DNA of 34,172 nt from a virus. The stretch lies in the UHGV virus genome UHGV-2104448, one strand, 5' to 3'. Below are positions 22,331-34,172 of the stretch, in pieces; position 1 is the first letter of the stretch; every line of letters begins with the position of its first letter. The translations under genes were made by a program, and so were the position numbers. A model generated the notes under the pieces. The model ran no database searches, was not told the origin of the DNA, and saw only the letters and a list, made by a program, of their open reading frames with translations.

Positions 22331-22899
22331 AAACGGGGGCTGAAGCCATCCGGGCACTGGCCACACAGCTCCCGGCGTTTCGTCAGAAACTGAGCGACGG
22401 CTGGTATCAGGTACGGATTGCCGGGCGGGACGTCAGCACGTCCGGGTTAACGGCGCAGTTACATGAGACTCTGCCTGATGGCGCTGTGATTCATATTGTT
22501 CCCAGAGTCGCCGGGGCCAAGTCAGGTGGCGTATTCCAGATTGTCCTGGGGGCTGCCGCCATTGCCGGATCATTCTTTACCGCCGGAGCCACCCTTGCAG
22601 CATGGGGGGCAGCCATTGGGGCCGGTGGTATGACCGGCATCCTGTTTTCTCTCGGTGCCAGTATGGTGCTCGGTGGTGTGGCGCAGATGCTGGCACCGAA
22701 AGCCAGAACTCCCCGTACACAGACAACGGATAACGGCAAACAGAACACCTATTTCTCCTCACTGGATAACATGGTTGCCCAGGGCAATGTTCTGCCGGTT
22801 CTGTACGGTGAAATGCGCGTGGGGTCACGCGTGGTTTCTCAGGAGATCAGCACGGCAGACGAAGGGGACGGTGGTCAGGTTGTGGTGATTGGTCGCTGA
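22228..22899 (+). CDS. I: Tail tip assembly protein I
   Basis: 223 aa with an N-terminal ubiquitin-like region and a Gly/Ala-rich hydrophobic middle. Overlaps the K 3' end by 103 nt, as in lambda. Confidence 0.85.
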   Translation: MAATHTLPLASPGMARICLYGDLQRFGRRIDLRVKTGAEAIRALATQLPAFRQKLSDGWYQVRIAGRDVSTSGLTAQLHETLPDGAVIHIVPRVAGAKSGGVFQIVLGAAAIAGSFFTAGATLAAWGAAIGAGGMTGILFSLGASMVLGGVAQMLAPKARTPRTQTTDNGKQNTYFSSLDNMVAQGNVLPVLYGEMRVGSRVVSQEISTADEGDGGQVVVIGR

Positions 22900-22956
22900 T
22901 GCAAAATGTTTTATGTGAAACCGCCTGCGGGCGGTTTTGTCGTTTATGGAGCGTGA

Positions 22957-26358
<3,402 letters not shown>

Positions 26359-26376
26359 ATTTTATAACCCAGAACG

Positions 26377-26402
26377 GGCGTCAGAAATGACGCCTTTTTT
26401 AT
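26377..26402 (+). terminator. Intrinsic terminator after J (GGCGUCA-GAAA-UGACGCC plus U-run)
   Basis: Perfect 7-bp stem with a GAAA loop followed by TTTTTTATT, 19 bp after the J stop. Confidence 0.6.
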
Positions 26403-26424
26403 TGCAGAAAAGCGAGAGGTAATT

Positions 26425-27024
26425 ATGCGTAAACTTTATGCCGCCATTTTGTCCGCAGCCATCTGTCTGGCCGTATCCGGTGCGCCTGCATGGGCGTCTG
26501 AACATCAGTCCACGCTGAGCGCGGGCTATCTTCATGCCTCGACGAACGTTCCCGGCAGCGATGATCTTAACGGGATTAACGTGAAATACCGTTATGAGTT
26601 TACGGACACACTGGGGCTGGTGACGTCATTCAGCTATGCAGGAGACAAGAATCGCCAGCTGACCCGTTACAGCGATACCCGCTGGCATGAAGACTCCGTT
26701 CGTAACCGCTGGTTCAGCGTGATGGCGGGGCCGTCTGTACGCGTGAATGAATGGTTCAGCGCGTATGCGATGGCGGGTGTGGCTTACAGCCGTGTGTCGA
26801 CTTTCTCCGGGGATTATCTCCGCGTAACTGACAACAAGGGGAAAACGCACGATGTGCTGACCGGAAGTGATGACGCTTGCCACAGTAACACCTCTCTGGC
26901 GTGGGGAGCTGGCGTGCAGTTTAACCCGACCGAATCCGTGGCCGTTGATGTCGCTTATGAAGGCTCCGGCAGTGGCAACTGGCGCACTGACGGGTTCATC
27001 GTGGGTGTCGGTTATAAGTTCTGA
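26425..27024 (+). CDS. lom: Lom outer-membrane protein (Ail/Lom/OmpX family)
   Basis: 199 aa with a signal peptide and a beta-barrel ending in the C-terminal Phe (…GFIVGVGYKF). Lambda lom-like. Confidence 0.85.
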   Translation: MRKLYAAILSAAICLAVSGAPAWASEHQSTLSAGYLHASTNVPGSDDLNGINVKYRYEFTDTLGLVTSFSYAGDKNRQLTRYSDTRWHEDSVRNRWFSVMAGPSVRVNEWFSAYAMAGVAYSRVSTFSGDYLRVTDNKGKTHDVLTGSDDACHSNTSLAWGAGVQFNPTESVAVDVAYEGSGSGNWRTDGFIVGVGYKF

Positions 27025-27051
27025 TTAGCCAGGTAACACAGTGTTATGACA

Positions 27052-27077
27052 GCCCGCCGGTTCAGGCGGGCTTTTTT
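27052..27077 (+). terminator. Intrinsic terminator after lom (GCCCGCC stem plus U6)
   Basis: GCCCGCC-GGTTCA-GGCGGGC followed by TTTTTT. Confidence 0.55.
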
Positions 27078-27082
27078 GTGGG

Positions 27083-30000
27083 GTGAATATGGCAGTAAAG
27101 ATTTCAGGTGTACTGAAAGACGGTGCAGGTAAACCGGTACAGAACTGCACAATCCAGCTGAAAGCAAAACGTAACAGCACCACGGTGGTGGTGAACACGC
27201 TGGCCTCAGAAAATCCGGATGAAGCCGGGCGTTACAGCATGGACGTTGAGTACGGTCAGTACAGCGTTATTCTGTTGGTGGAAGGATTCCCGCCGTCACA
27301 TGCCGGGACCATCACCGTGTATGAAGATTCTCAACCCGGTACGCTGAATGATTTTCTCGGTGCCATGACGGAGGATGATGCCCGTCCGGAGGCACTGCGC
27401 CGTTTTGAACTGATGGTGGAAGAGGTGGCGCGTAACGCGTCCGCAGTGGCACAGAACACGGCAGCCGCGAAGAAGTCAGCCAGCGATGCCGGCACATCAG
27501 CCCGTGAGGCGGCAACCCATGCGACTGATGCTGCAGGCTCAGCACGCGCAGCCAGCACGTCAGCCGGACAGGCCGCTTCGTCGGCTCAGTCAGCGTCTTC
27601 CAGCGCAGGAACGGCATCAACAAAGGCCACTGAAGCATCAAAAAGTGCTGCCGCTGCAGAGTCCTCAAAAAGCGCGGCGGCCACCAGTGCCGGTGCGGCG
27701 AAAACGTCAGAAACGAATGCTGCAGTGTCACAAAAATCTGCAGCTACTTCTGCATCCACCGCGACCACGAAAGCGTCAGAAGCTGCCACCTCAGCCCGGG
27801 ATGCGGCGGCCTCAAAAGAGGTAGCGAAATCATCAGAAACGAACGCATCATCAAGTGCCAGTAGTGCAGCTTCCTCGGCAACGGCGGCAGGAAATTCCGC
27901 GAAGGCCGCAAAAACGTCTGAGACGAATGCGGATAACAGCGCACAGGCGGCAGCAGACTCACAAACTGCATCGGCAAACTCCGCGACAGCAGCCAAAAAA
28001 TCAGAAACCAACGCGAAAAATAGCGAGGCAGCAGCAAAGAGCAGCGAAACAAACGCTAAAGCCAGCGAAACTAATGCTAAATCCAGTGAAACAAACGCGG
28101 CGAAATCTGCGGCGGACGCACTTAATTATCGCAACCAGGCCCAGGGTATTGTTGGTACTAACATCGGTTTGGGATCATCACCGCGTGATTGCTCTGACAT
28201 CTCAGGAAATCCATCAGGTTATATTGGCTTTATGCGCATCATGGCTGATGCAACAGGTTTCCCGTCTATTGCATCCGGTGAAAGCAGTCTTACGGGGTTT
28301 ATTAGTCAGGTAGATGGAACTCCAGCGTATACAGGTGTATTTCAGGGATGGACTACTCGCTCGCTTTATACCTATCGCTGGAGTCCGACAACAGGCCCGC
28401 AATGGACACGCCACGCTCGCAAAAATGAAGTGGACCGTCTTGACCAATGGAATAGCGAAACATGGTTATATAACCATGATAAATCCATGCGCCTGGGTTT
28501 AACCGGATCAACATGGGGGTGTTACAGCGACACACAAAAAAAATGGATACCACTTGATGTTTCTCATGGTGGCACTGGCGCAAATAGCCTTGATGACGCC
28601 AAAACTAATTTGCAAATCCCTGAGGGTGGATTAACAAAAGCGATGACCCTTAATGCCCCTGGTGGTGCAGTGGATGGCAAATACTACCCTGTCATAATAG
28701 ACACATCCGCAATGAATGGGAGCGGTGCCATGTTATGTCCTGTTGAAATAAAAACAGCAGGAGGTCCGGCATCAAATCCGCTTAATAGTAACTCATTTTT
28801 TGGGTTCATTCGATGTGGTGGCTGGAGTGACGTTCGCGATGTGGCTTACGGGTCATTTGTTTGCTATGAAAAAAATGAACTCGGGATACTTTGCATTAAA
28901 GCGTCGCAAAGAGATTATGCGCAGCATGTAGCTTTCTACATCCATAAAAGCGCTTTTCCTGTCGTTGTGCAAACTGGCTACAAGGCAAAAGTTAAGGTTC
29001 CAACAGAAGACTACGTAATTGGTGACAACGGGGTTAGATATAAGTTTGGTGTATCAACGTCAACGGAGGATAACGACAAGAACTTTGTTAAAAATGTTCT
29101 TGACTTCACTGGCGGTGAACATGGCTTCTACAGCAACCTTCCGTTCAGACAAGGGGTGTCAGAAAGGATTGCATTAACAAATGGCCTGAGTTTTGACAAA
29201 AATTTTACCGTCACTATTCCTATATTTGTAAACAATGGTCAGATTAAAGCAACACAATCTTTCACCGCGTACGGTACGGACGCTTCAAACAGAACATTTG
29301 TTTCTCAAAGATTACAATCCGAAGGAGGTCCGGTTGTCGATCAAACTGAACTAAGGGCCGCTAACGCTTCTGGTGAAATTGTTGTCAGGGACATAAATAA
29401 TTCAGGGAACAGTAAGTTCTTTAATTTTAACCTTGATGGTACCTTCAGTTCTTATCAGGGATTGGTTGTTCACACAGGGCAAAACTGGAGCACTCAACAT
29501 ACAGAGAATGTAAATAAGTTTAAGCCAATAGCAGGGAGCGCAGGCGGTCCTGACGGAACAATGGTTGTTGGCGGATTCCATGCTCAATTTAGCGGTAATT
29601 ACGTCACACAATTCGCCGGTCGCAACTCCAAATTTTGGGCAAGAAGCTTTGAGGCTGGGGTTGATAAGGGATGGAAACGACTATTAACAGTAGACGATCT
29701 CAATTCATCTACCGATCTTGCTGTCAGGTCATTAACCACATCTAACCCGGTAAAATCTGGCGGAGGGCGGATTGATGTCCTTGGAAGCACGTCAGATTAT
29801 AGCAAAATGGATTGCTTTGTACGTGGGTTTGATAGCACCGGTAATTCTCTCGCGTGGGCGTTGGGTTCATCAGTCGGCGTAAGTAAGATGCTGTCGCTAA
29901 AAAATTTCTTTAGCGGAGCTGAGATACTGTTAAATGGTAATGACGGCGCGGTTCAACTCAAAACAGGTGCTGTTAACGGGGCTAAAGCGCACGCGCTCAC

Positions 30001-30691
30001 TATCAACAAGGATGAGGTTAACTCAACTGTTGATTTAACTCTTACAAAACAAACAGGGACTGGCAATCGTTTTGTTTTACAGAACTTAGGTAATACAGAA
30101 CTATCATTTGCCGCAAAAGTATGGGGATCAAGTGATCGACAAAACGTTTTTGAGGTTGGAACGTCTGCTGCGTATCTGTTTTATGCGCAAAAAACGTCAG
30201 CAGGCCAGTTGTTTGATGTAAATGGCGCTATTAATTGCACAACGCTGAATCAGTCATCAGACCGCGACCTTAAAGACGATATTCTCGTTATCAGCGACGC
30301 GACGAAAGCAATCCGTAAAATGAACGGATACACCTACACGCTCAGGGAAAACGGGATGCCTTATGCTGGCGTTATTGCACAGGAAGTAATGGAGGCGATA
30401 CCAGAAGCTGTAGGATCGTTTACTCATTACGGTGAAGAGTTGCAGGGACCAACGGTTGACGGCAATGAATTACGTGAAGAAACACGTTATCTGAATGTTG
30501 ACTACGCCGCCGTGACGGGGTTACTTGTTCAGGTCGCCCGTGAAACAGATGGTCGCGTTACCGCGCTGGAAGAGGAAAACATAACGCTACGTAAAAATCT
30601 GGCAACAGCAGGCACCCGGATCAGCACTCTGGAAAATCAGGTAAGCGAACTGGTTGCACTTGTCGGGCAGTTAACAGGAAGCGAACATTGA
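27083..30691 (+). CDS. stf: Side tail fibre protein, chimeric: lambda Stf-like N-terminus, divergent distal region, C-terminal intramolecular-chaperone (peptidase S74-like) domain
   Basis: 1202 aa. The N-terminal 130 aa or so (MAVKISGVLKDGAGKPVQNCTIQLKA…) are lambda Stf-like, followed by Ala/Ser-rich SETNA repeats. An HGGTGA fibre motif is present. The last 145 aa or so begin with the S-D-x-x-L-K motif (SSDRDLKDD at about 30254) and end in a coiled coil, typical of self-cleaving intramolecular chaperone domains. Confidence 0.85.
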   Translation: MNMAVKISGVLKDGAGKPVQNCTIQLKAKRNSTTVVVNTLASENPDEAGRYSMDVEYGQYSVILLVEGFPPSHAGTITVYEDSQPGTLNDFLGAMTEDDARPEALRRFELMVEEVARNASAVAQNTAAAKKSASDAGTSAREAATHATDAAGSARAASTSAGQAASSAQSASSSAGTASTKATEASKSAAAAESSKSAAATSAGAAKTSETNAAVSQKSAATSASTATTKASEAATSARDAAASKEVAKSSETNASSSASSAASSATAAGNSAKAAKTSETNADNSAQAAADSQTASANSATAAKKSETNAKNSEAAAKSSETNAKASETNAKSSETNAAKSAADALNYRNQAQGIVGTNIGLGSSPRDCSDISGNPSGYIGFMRIMADATGFPSIASGESSLTGFISQVDGTPAYTGVFQGWTTRSLYTYRWSPTTGPQWTRHARKNEVDRLDQWNSETWLYNHDKSMRLGLTGSTWGCYSDTQKKWIPLDVSHGGTGANSLDDAKTNLQIPEGGLTKAMTLNAPGGAVDGKYYPVIIDTSAMNGSGAMLCPVEIKTAGGPASNPLNSNSFFGFIRCGGWSDVRDVAYGSFVCYEKNELGILCIKASQRDYAQHVAFYIHKSAFPVVVQTGYKAKVKVPTEDYVIGDNGVRYKFGVSTSTEDNDKNFVKNVLDFTGGEHGFYSNLPFRQGVSERIALTNGLSFDKNFTVTIPIFVNNGQIKATQSFTAYGTDASNRTFVSQRLQSEGGPVVDQTELRAANASGEIVVRDINNSGNSKFFNFNLDGTFSSYQGLVVHTGQNWSTQHTENVNKFKPIAGSAGGPDGTMVVGGFHAQFSGNYVTQFAGRNSKFWARSFEAGVDKGWKRLLTVDDLNSSTDLAVRSLTTSNPVKSGGGRIDVLGSTSDYSKMDCFVRGFDSTGNSLAWALGSSVGVSKMLSLKNFFSGAEILLNGNDGAVQLKTGAVNGAKAHALTINKDEVNSTVDLTLTKQTGTGNRFVLQNLGNTELSFAAKVWGSSDRQNVFEVGTSAAYLFYAQKTSAGQLFDVNGAINCTTLNQSSDRDLKDDILVISDATKAIRKMNGYTYTLRENGMPYAGVIAQEVMEAIPEAVGSFTHYGEELQGPTVDGNELREETRYLNVDYAAVTGLLVQVARETDGRVTALEEENITLRKNLATAGTRISTLENQVSELVALVGQLTGSEH

Positions 30692-30865
30692 TATCCTTCA
30701 AGCCCTGAAGGAGGCTGTTCCTGGTACGTTCAGACTGTTGTTGAGCTGGAAATCGCAACGGAGGAAGAAACTTCGTTGCTGGAAGTCTGGAAAAAGTATC
30801 GGGTGTTGCTGAACCGTGTTAATACATCAGTAGTACCGGATATTGAATGGCCAGCACTGCCGTAG
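30692..30865 (+). pseudogene. 3' relic of a tail fibre assembly gene (tfa), no start codon
   Basis: In frame directly after the stf stop: …[44 protein letters not shown]. This is the conserved C-terminal signature of lambda-type Tfa proteins. Confidence 0.6.
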
Positions 30866-30962
30866 GGTAAAACATATAAATTCTATAATTAGATGTATCT
30901 TTCCATTTACGGCAAGGAAGGGGGCTTGGAAGACGTAAAGCATCTCACACCGAGATTATTTT

Positions 30963-31553
30963 TTATATGTCAGGTGTCTGAAGTTTTGCTTTGGCTCTTA
31001 AAATGGTTTGCCGCGAGGTTTTGAATTCCCGGGCAATGGCACTTATACTTACACCTGACTTAATTCGTTCGAATACCACCTGTTTCTGTTCTTCATTTAA
31101 CACAGGTGGTCGACCAAAACGTTTCCCTGCGCCGCGGGCTCTTACTATCCCGGAATGAGTGCGTTCAAGTAAAAGGTCTCGTTCAAATTCAGCGACTGCT
31201 GAAATTACTTGCATCATCATTTTTCCTGTTGGACTGGTCAGGTCAATGCCACCCAATGCTAAGCAATGCACTCTGATACCTGTTTCGGTCAGTTGTTCCA
31301 CTGTTTTCCTGATATCCATTGCATTACAACCAAGGCGATCCAGTTTTGTCACAATCAATTGATCACCACATTTCAGGCGAGCAAGCAACCGGTTAAAACC
31401 AGGACGCTCACTGGTTGCTGCTGAGCCGCTAATGTGTTCTTCGATTATTTGCTGAGGTTTGATTTTAAAACCTGCACTTTCGATTTCCCGGCGTTGATTT
31501 TCGGTGGTCTGATCCAGCGTTGATATCCGACAGTAAGCAAAAATTCGAGACAT
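30963..31553 (-). CDS. pinQ: Serine recombinase, Pin/Gin/Hin invertase family
   Basis: 196 aa with the N-terminal catalytic-serine motif (YCRISTLDQ), a resolvase-type catalytic domain and a C-terminal HTH. Convergent with stf. Confidence 0.85.
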
Positions 31554-31869
31554 AGTGAGACTCTATACGAAATTGGTGTTCATATCATAATGCATCTCAG
31601 AAAATAATTATGATTATTTTTGTGCATATTTGTATGTACACGTTCGAAAATAAACGAATGCGTATGCAACCCCGTAATTTTGGTGAGACCCAAAATCGAT
31701 TTTGTGAAAAATAGCTTTAACTCGGTTTGTTTTTCGAGTTCCGGGCGGACTCAAGGAAGAAGAATAGTGTTGCGTGTTATTTTAACCAGATTTCAAGTTG
31801 TTTGGTCGTGGAAAAGTGGAGCAAAATGTTGTTAAAGTGAAAAAATGATAAAAAAGTAAGTTTATTATA

Positions 31870-32103
31870 TTACATTTTACCATTTAAATTTTGGTTATCT
31901 TTAAGAACTGATATCGCTGTTTGTAATAATTCTTTGTTATCCAGCCATGATTTTTTCTTTATGTTTCCTTCAATGTAATCAAGCAATGTTCTGGTATTGA
32001 TAGGTCTTCCCTGTTTTGCTACTTCCACTACAGCATCCCCTAGGATAATTCTTACTTCAGGAAGCTGCGCAGGGAACCACTTTAGGGTGTCTTTTGATTT
32101 CAT
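31870..32103 (-). CDS. ydfK: Small prophage protein YdfK/YnaE-like
   Basis: 77 aa from the Met with the AAGGAA RBS (MKSKDTLKWFPAQLPEVRIILGDAVVEVAKQGRPINTRTLLDY…). The ORF track allows an upstream start at 32136. Confidence 0.6.
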   Translation of the reverse strand: MKSKDTLKWFPAQLPEVRIILGDAVVEVAKQGRPINTRTLLDYIEGNIKKKSWLDNKELLQTAISVLKDNQNLNGKM

Positions 32104-32888
32104 GAAGATATTCCTTAAAATATTATTGATTTTCATTGCGATATTGTATGTCTGATTCAGGATATGTTGACTTATACATCGGTTTTGTCTGGGTTATTGG
32201 ATATGCCAATCCCTAATTTTATTAGGGCATGACTAAAAATGCTGAATATGATAAGGAGAGATGTGATTATCAGTATGCTGTTCATATAGCCTCGAATTAG
32301 TAATGTGTTATATATGATATAGTTGACAATTTTTATCTTGGGTGTTCTTAAAGTTCGTAGATAAACATTGTCGTTTCAGGTATACAGGAATGCTAACAGG
32401 TGGCAGCAAAAATCAGGCGGTTTATGGCGCAAACTGAAGCGGCAACTGCAAACTATCTTATGCAGAGACTCTACACGGATTGGGTTTAAAAGTATACATA
32501 GATAACAGTTTTTATCTGAAAAAGAAAAATATCAAGGTGATATAGCCTATATGCCTTTAATGCGGAGGAATGAATGTGATGGGAGTGATGTATCTGAATA
32601 GTTGAAAAACCGCAGACACGCCTTATGCAAGAACGTGCTGCGGTTGGCTGGTAAATTTTTCGATAGTGTGAGTATTGAATGATTTCCAGCCGTTCTTGAT
32701 TTTACGCATAAATCCATGAAAAAACTACTTATCTGTTGGGGAGTTTTTTTGGGGCATATATGGGACAGAAATAGGCCCCAGATAGACACTGAGATCGAAC
32801 TTAGGATGCTTTTTAAAAAATGCAACTATCTGAAAAAACCTAGAAAACGCCAAGGAAACCACAGGATGGGAAAAAACACCTGTGAATT

Positions 32889-34172
32889 ATGGATTTCCAG
32901 TTATATTCGCTCGGCGCAGCGTTAGTGTTTCATGAAATATTTTTTCCTGAATCATCAACGGCAATGGCGTTAATTCTGGCAATGGGAACCTACGGTGCAG
33001 GTTATGTGGCGCGTATTGTCGGAGCATTTATTTTCGGCAAAATGGGCGACAGAATAGGGCGTAAAAAAGTGCTCTTTATTACCATCACCATGATGGGGAT
33101 CTGTACCACCTTAATTGGTGTGTTACCGACCTATGCACAGATTGGTGTTTTTGCCCCCATCTTGCTGGTGACGCTGCGTATTATTCAGGGATTGGGTGCA
33201 GGTGCGGAAATTTCCGGTGCCGGTACGATGCTGGCGGAATATGCGCCAAAAGGTAAGCGCGGAATTATCTCCTCATTTGTGGCTATGGGAACTAACTGCG
33301 GAACTTTAAGCGCAACGGCAATCTGGGCCTTTATGTTCTTCATTCTCAGTAAAGAGGAACTGCTGGCGTGGGGATGGCGTATACCGTTCCTGGCGAGCGT
33401 TGTCGTGATGGTCTTTGCTATCTGGTTGCGTATGAATCTGAAAGAAAGCCCGGTTTTTGAGAAGGTTAACGACAGCAACCAACCGACAGCAAAACCTGCA
33501 CTTGCTGGTAGCATGTTCCAGAGCAAATCCTTCTGGCTGGCAACAGGGCTGCGTTTTGGTCAGGCGGGTAACTCAGGTTTAATTCAGACTTTCCTTGCGG
33601 GCTATTTAGTGCAGACGTTATTGTTTAACAAAGCAATTCCAACAGATGCATTGATGATCAGTTCGATTCTCGGCTTTATGACCATTCCGTTCCTTGGTTG
33701 GTTATCCGATAAAATTGGTCGCCGGATCCCGTATATTATTATGAATACCTCCGCGATTGTGCTGGCATGGCCAATGCTTTCTATCATCGTAGATAAAAGC
33801 TATGCCCCGAGCACCATTATGGTTGCACTGATTGTGATTCATAACTGTGCGGTGCTGGGATTATTTGCTCTGGAAAATATTACCATGGCAGAAATGTTCG
33901 GCTGTAAAAACCGTTTTACCCGGATGGCTATTTCTAAAGAAATTGGTGGTCTTATCGCTTCCGGTTTTGGTCCTATCCTGGCGGGTATTTTCTGCACCAT
34001 GACGGAATCCTGGTATCCGATCGCCATTATGATCATGGCATATTCAGTGATTGGTTTAATCTCTGCGCTGAAAATGCCAGAAGTGAAAGACCGTGATTTA
34101 AGTGCGCTGGAAGACGCCGCGGAAGATCAACCGCGTGTTGTAAGAGCTGCGCAACCTTCCAGAAGTCTGTAA
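32889..34172 (+). CDS. ydfJ: MFS transporter, N-terminally truncated (host gene at the prophage junction)
   Basis: 427 aa and highly hydrophobic, with the MFS loop motif GKMGDRIGRKKVL. The ORF begins inside what should be TM2, so TM1 is missing, consistent with interruption of the gene by prophage integration. Confidence 0.8.
   Translation: MDFQLYSLGAALVFHEIFFPESSTAMALILAMGTYGAGYVARIVGAFIFGKMGDRIGRKKVLFITITMMGICTTLIGVLPTYAQIGVFAPILLVTLRIIQGLGAGAEISGAGTMLAEYAPKGKRGIISSFVAMGTNCGTLSATAIWAFMFFILSKEELLAWGWRIPFLASVVVMVFAIWLRMNLKESPVFEKVNDSNQPTAKPALAGSMFQSKSFWLATGLRFGQAGNSGLIQTFLAGYLVQTLLFNKAIPTDALMISSILGFMTIPFLGWLSDKIGRRIPYIIMNTSAIVLAWPMLSIIVDKSYAPSTIMVALIVIHNCAVLGLFALENITMAEMFGCKNRFTRMAISKEIGGLIASGFGPILAGIFCTMTESWYPIAIMIMAYSVIGLISALKMPEVKDRDLSALEDAAEDQPRVVRAAQPSRSL

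Noticed and set aside
27470-28110. Repetitive DNA in stf considered as a possible CRISPR array or tandem repeat element
   Set aside because: The repeats are imperfect, in frame, and encode the Ala/Ser-rich fibre shaft; there is no repeat-spacer structure.
32716-32925. 69-aa ORF spanning the prophage-host junction
   Set aside because: Overlaps the start of the ydfJ-like ORF in another frame, in an AT-rich region, with no motif; likely chance.

Overview
This window reads as the late (right) arm of a lambda-like prophage in an enterobacterial (E. coli-type) chromosome, ending at a junction with a 5'-truncated MFS transporter gene (ydfJ-like). All calls are from reading the ORF translations and DNA by eye against remembered protein families; no database search was run. 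Order, left to right: (i) a cargo block upstream of the lysis genes: a Blc-like lipocalin lipoprotein, a DUF523(TudS-like 4Fe-4S)/DUF1722 protein, and an IS1-family element whose insB carries an amber codon and which abuts an AraC-family HTH-only fragment; (ii) a phage-21/Qin-type lysis cassette (dual-start pinholin, DUF1327 YdfR, SAR endolysin, Rz/Rz1); (iii) a small-gene region (cspI, GnsB, and an antisense RHH-like YnfO plus DUF1398 YdfO pair); (iv) a lambda-type cos site followed by an essentially complete lambda-like head-tail module from Nu1 to J, with the G-T slippery site, but with Z split by a frameshift; (v) lom, then a 1202-aa side tail fibre that has a lambda-like N-terminus and a lower-GC C-terminal half ending in an intramolecular-chaperone-like domain, followed in frame by the 3' relic of a tfa gene; (vi) a Pin-family serine recombinase, ydfK, and AT-rich DNA leading to the host junction. 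No rRNA, tRNA or CRISPR array was seen. I did not find an unambiguous new defence system; the best candidates for undescribed biology are the TudS-like/lipocalin cargo, the antisense RHH-DUF1398 pair, and the chimeric self-chaperoning tail fibre.
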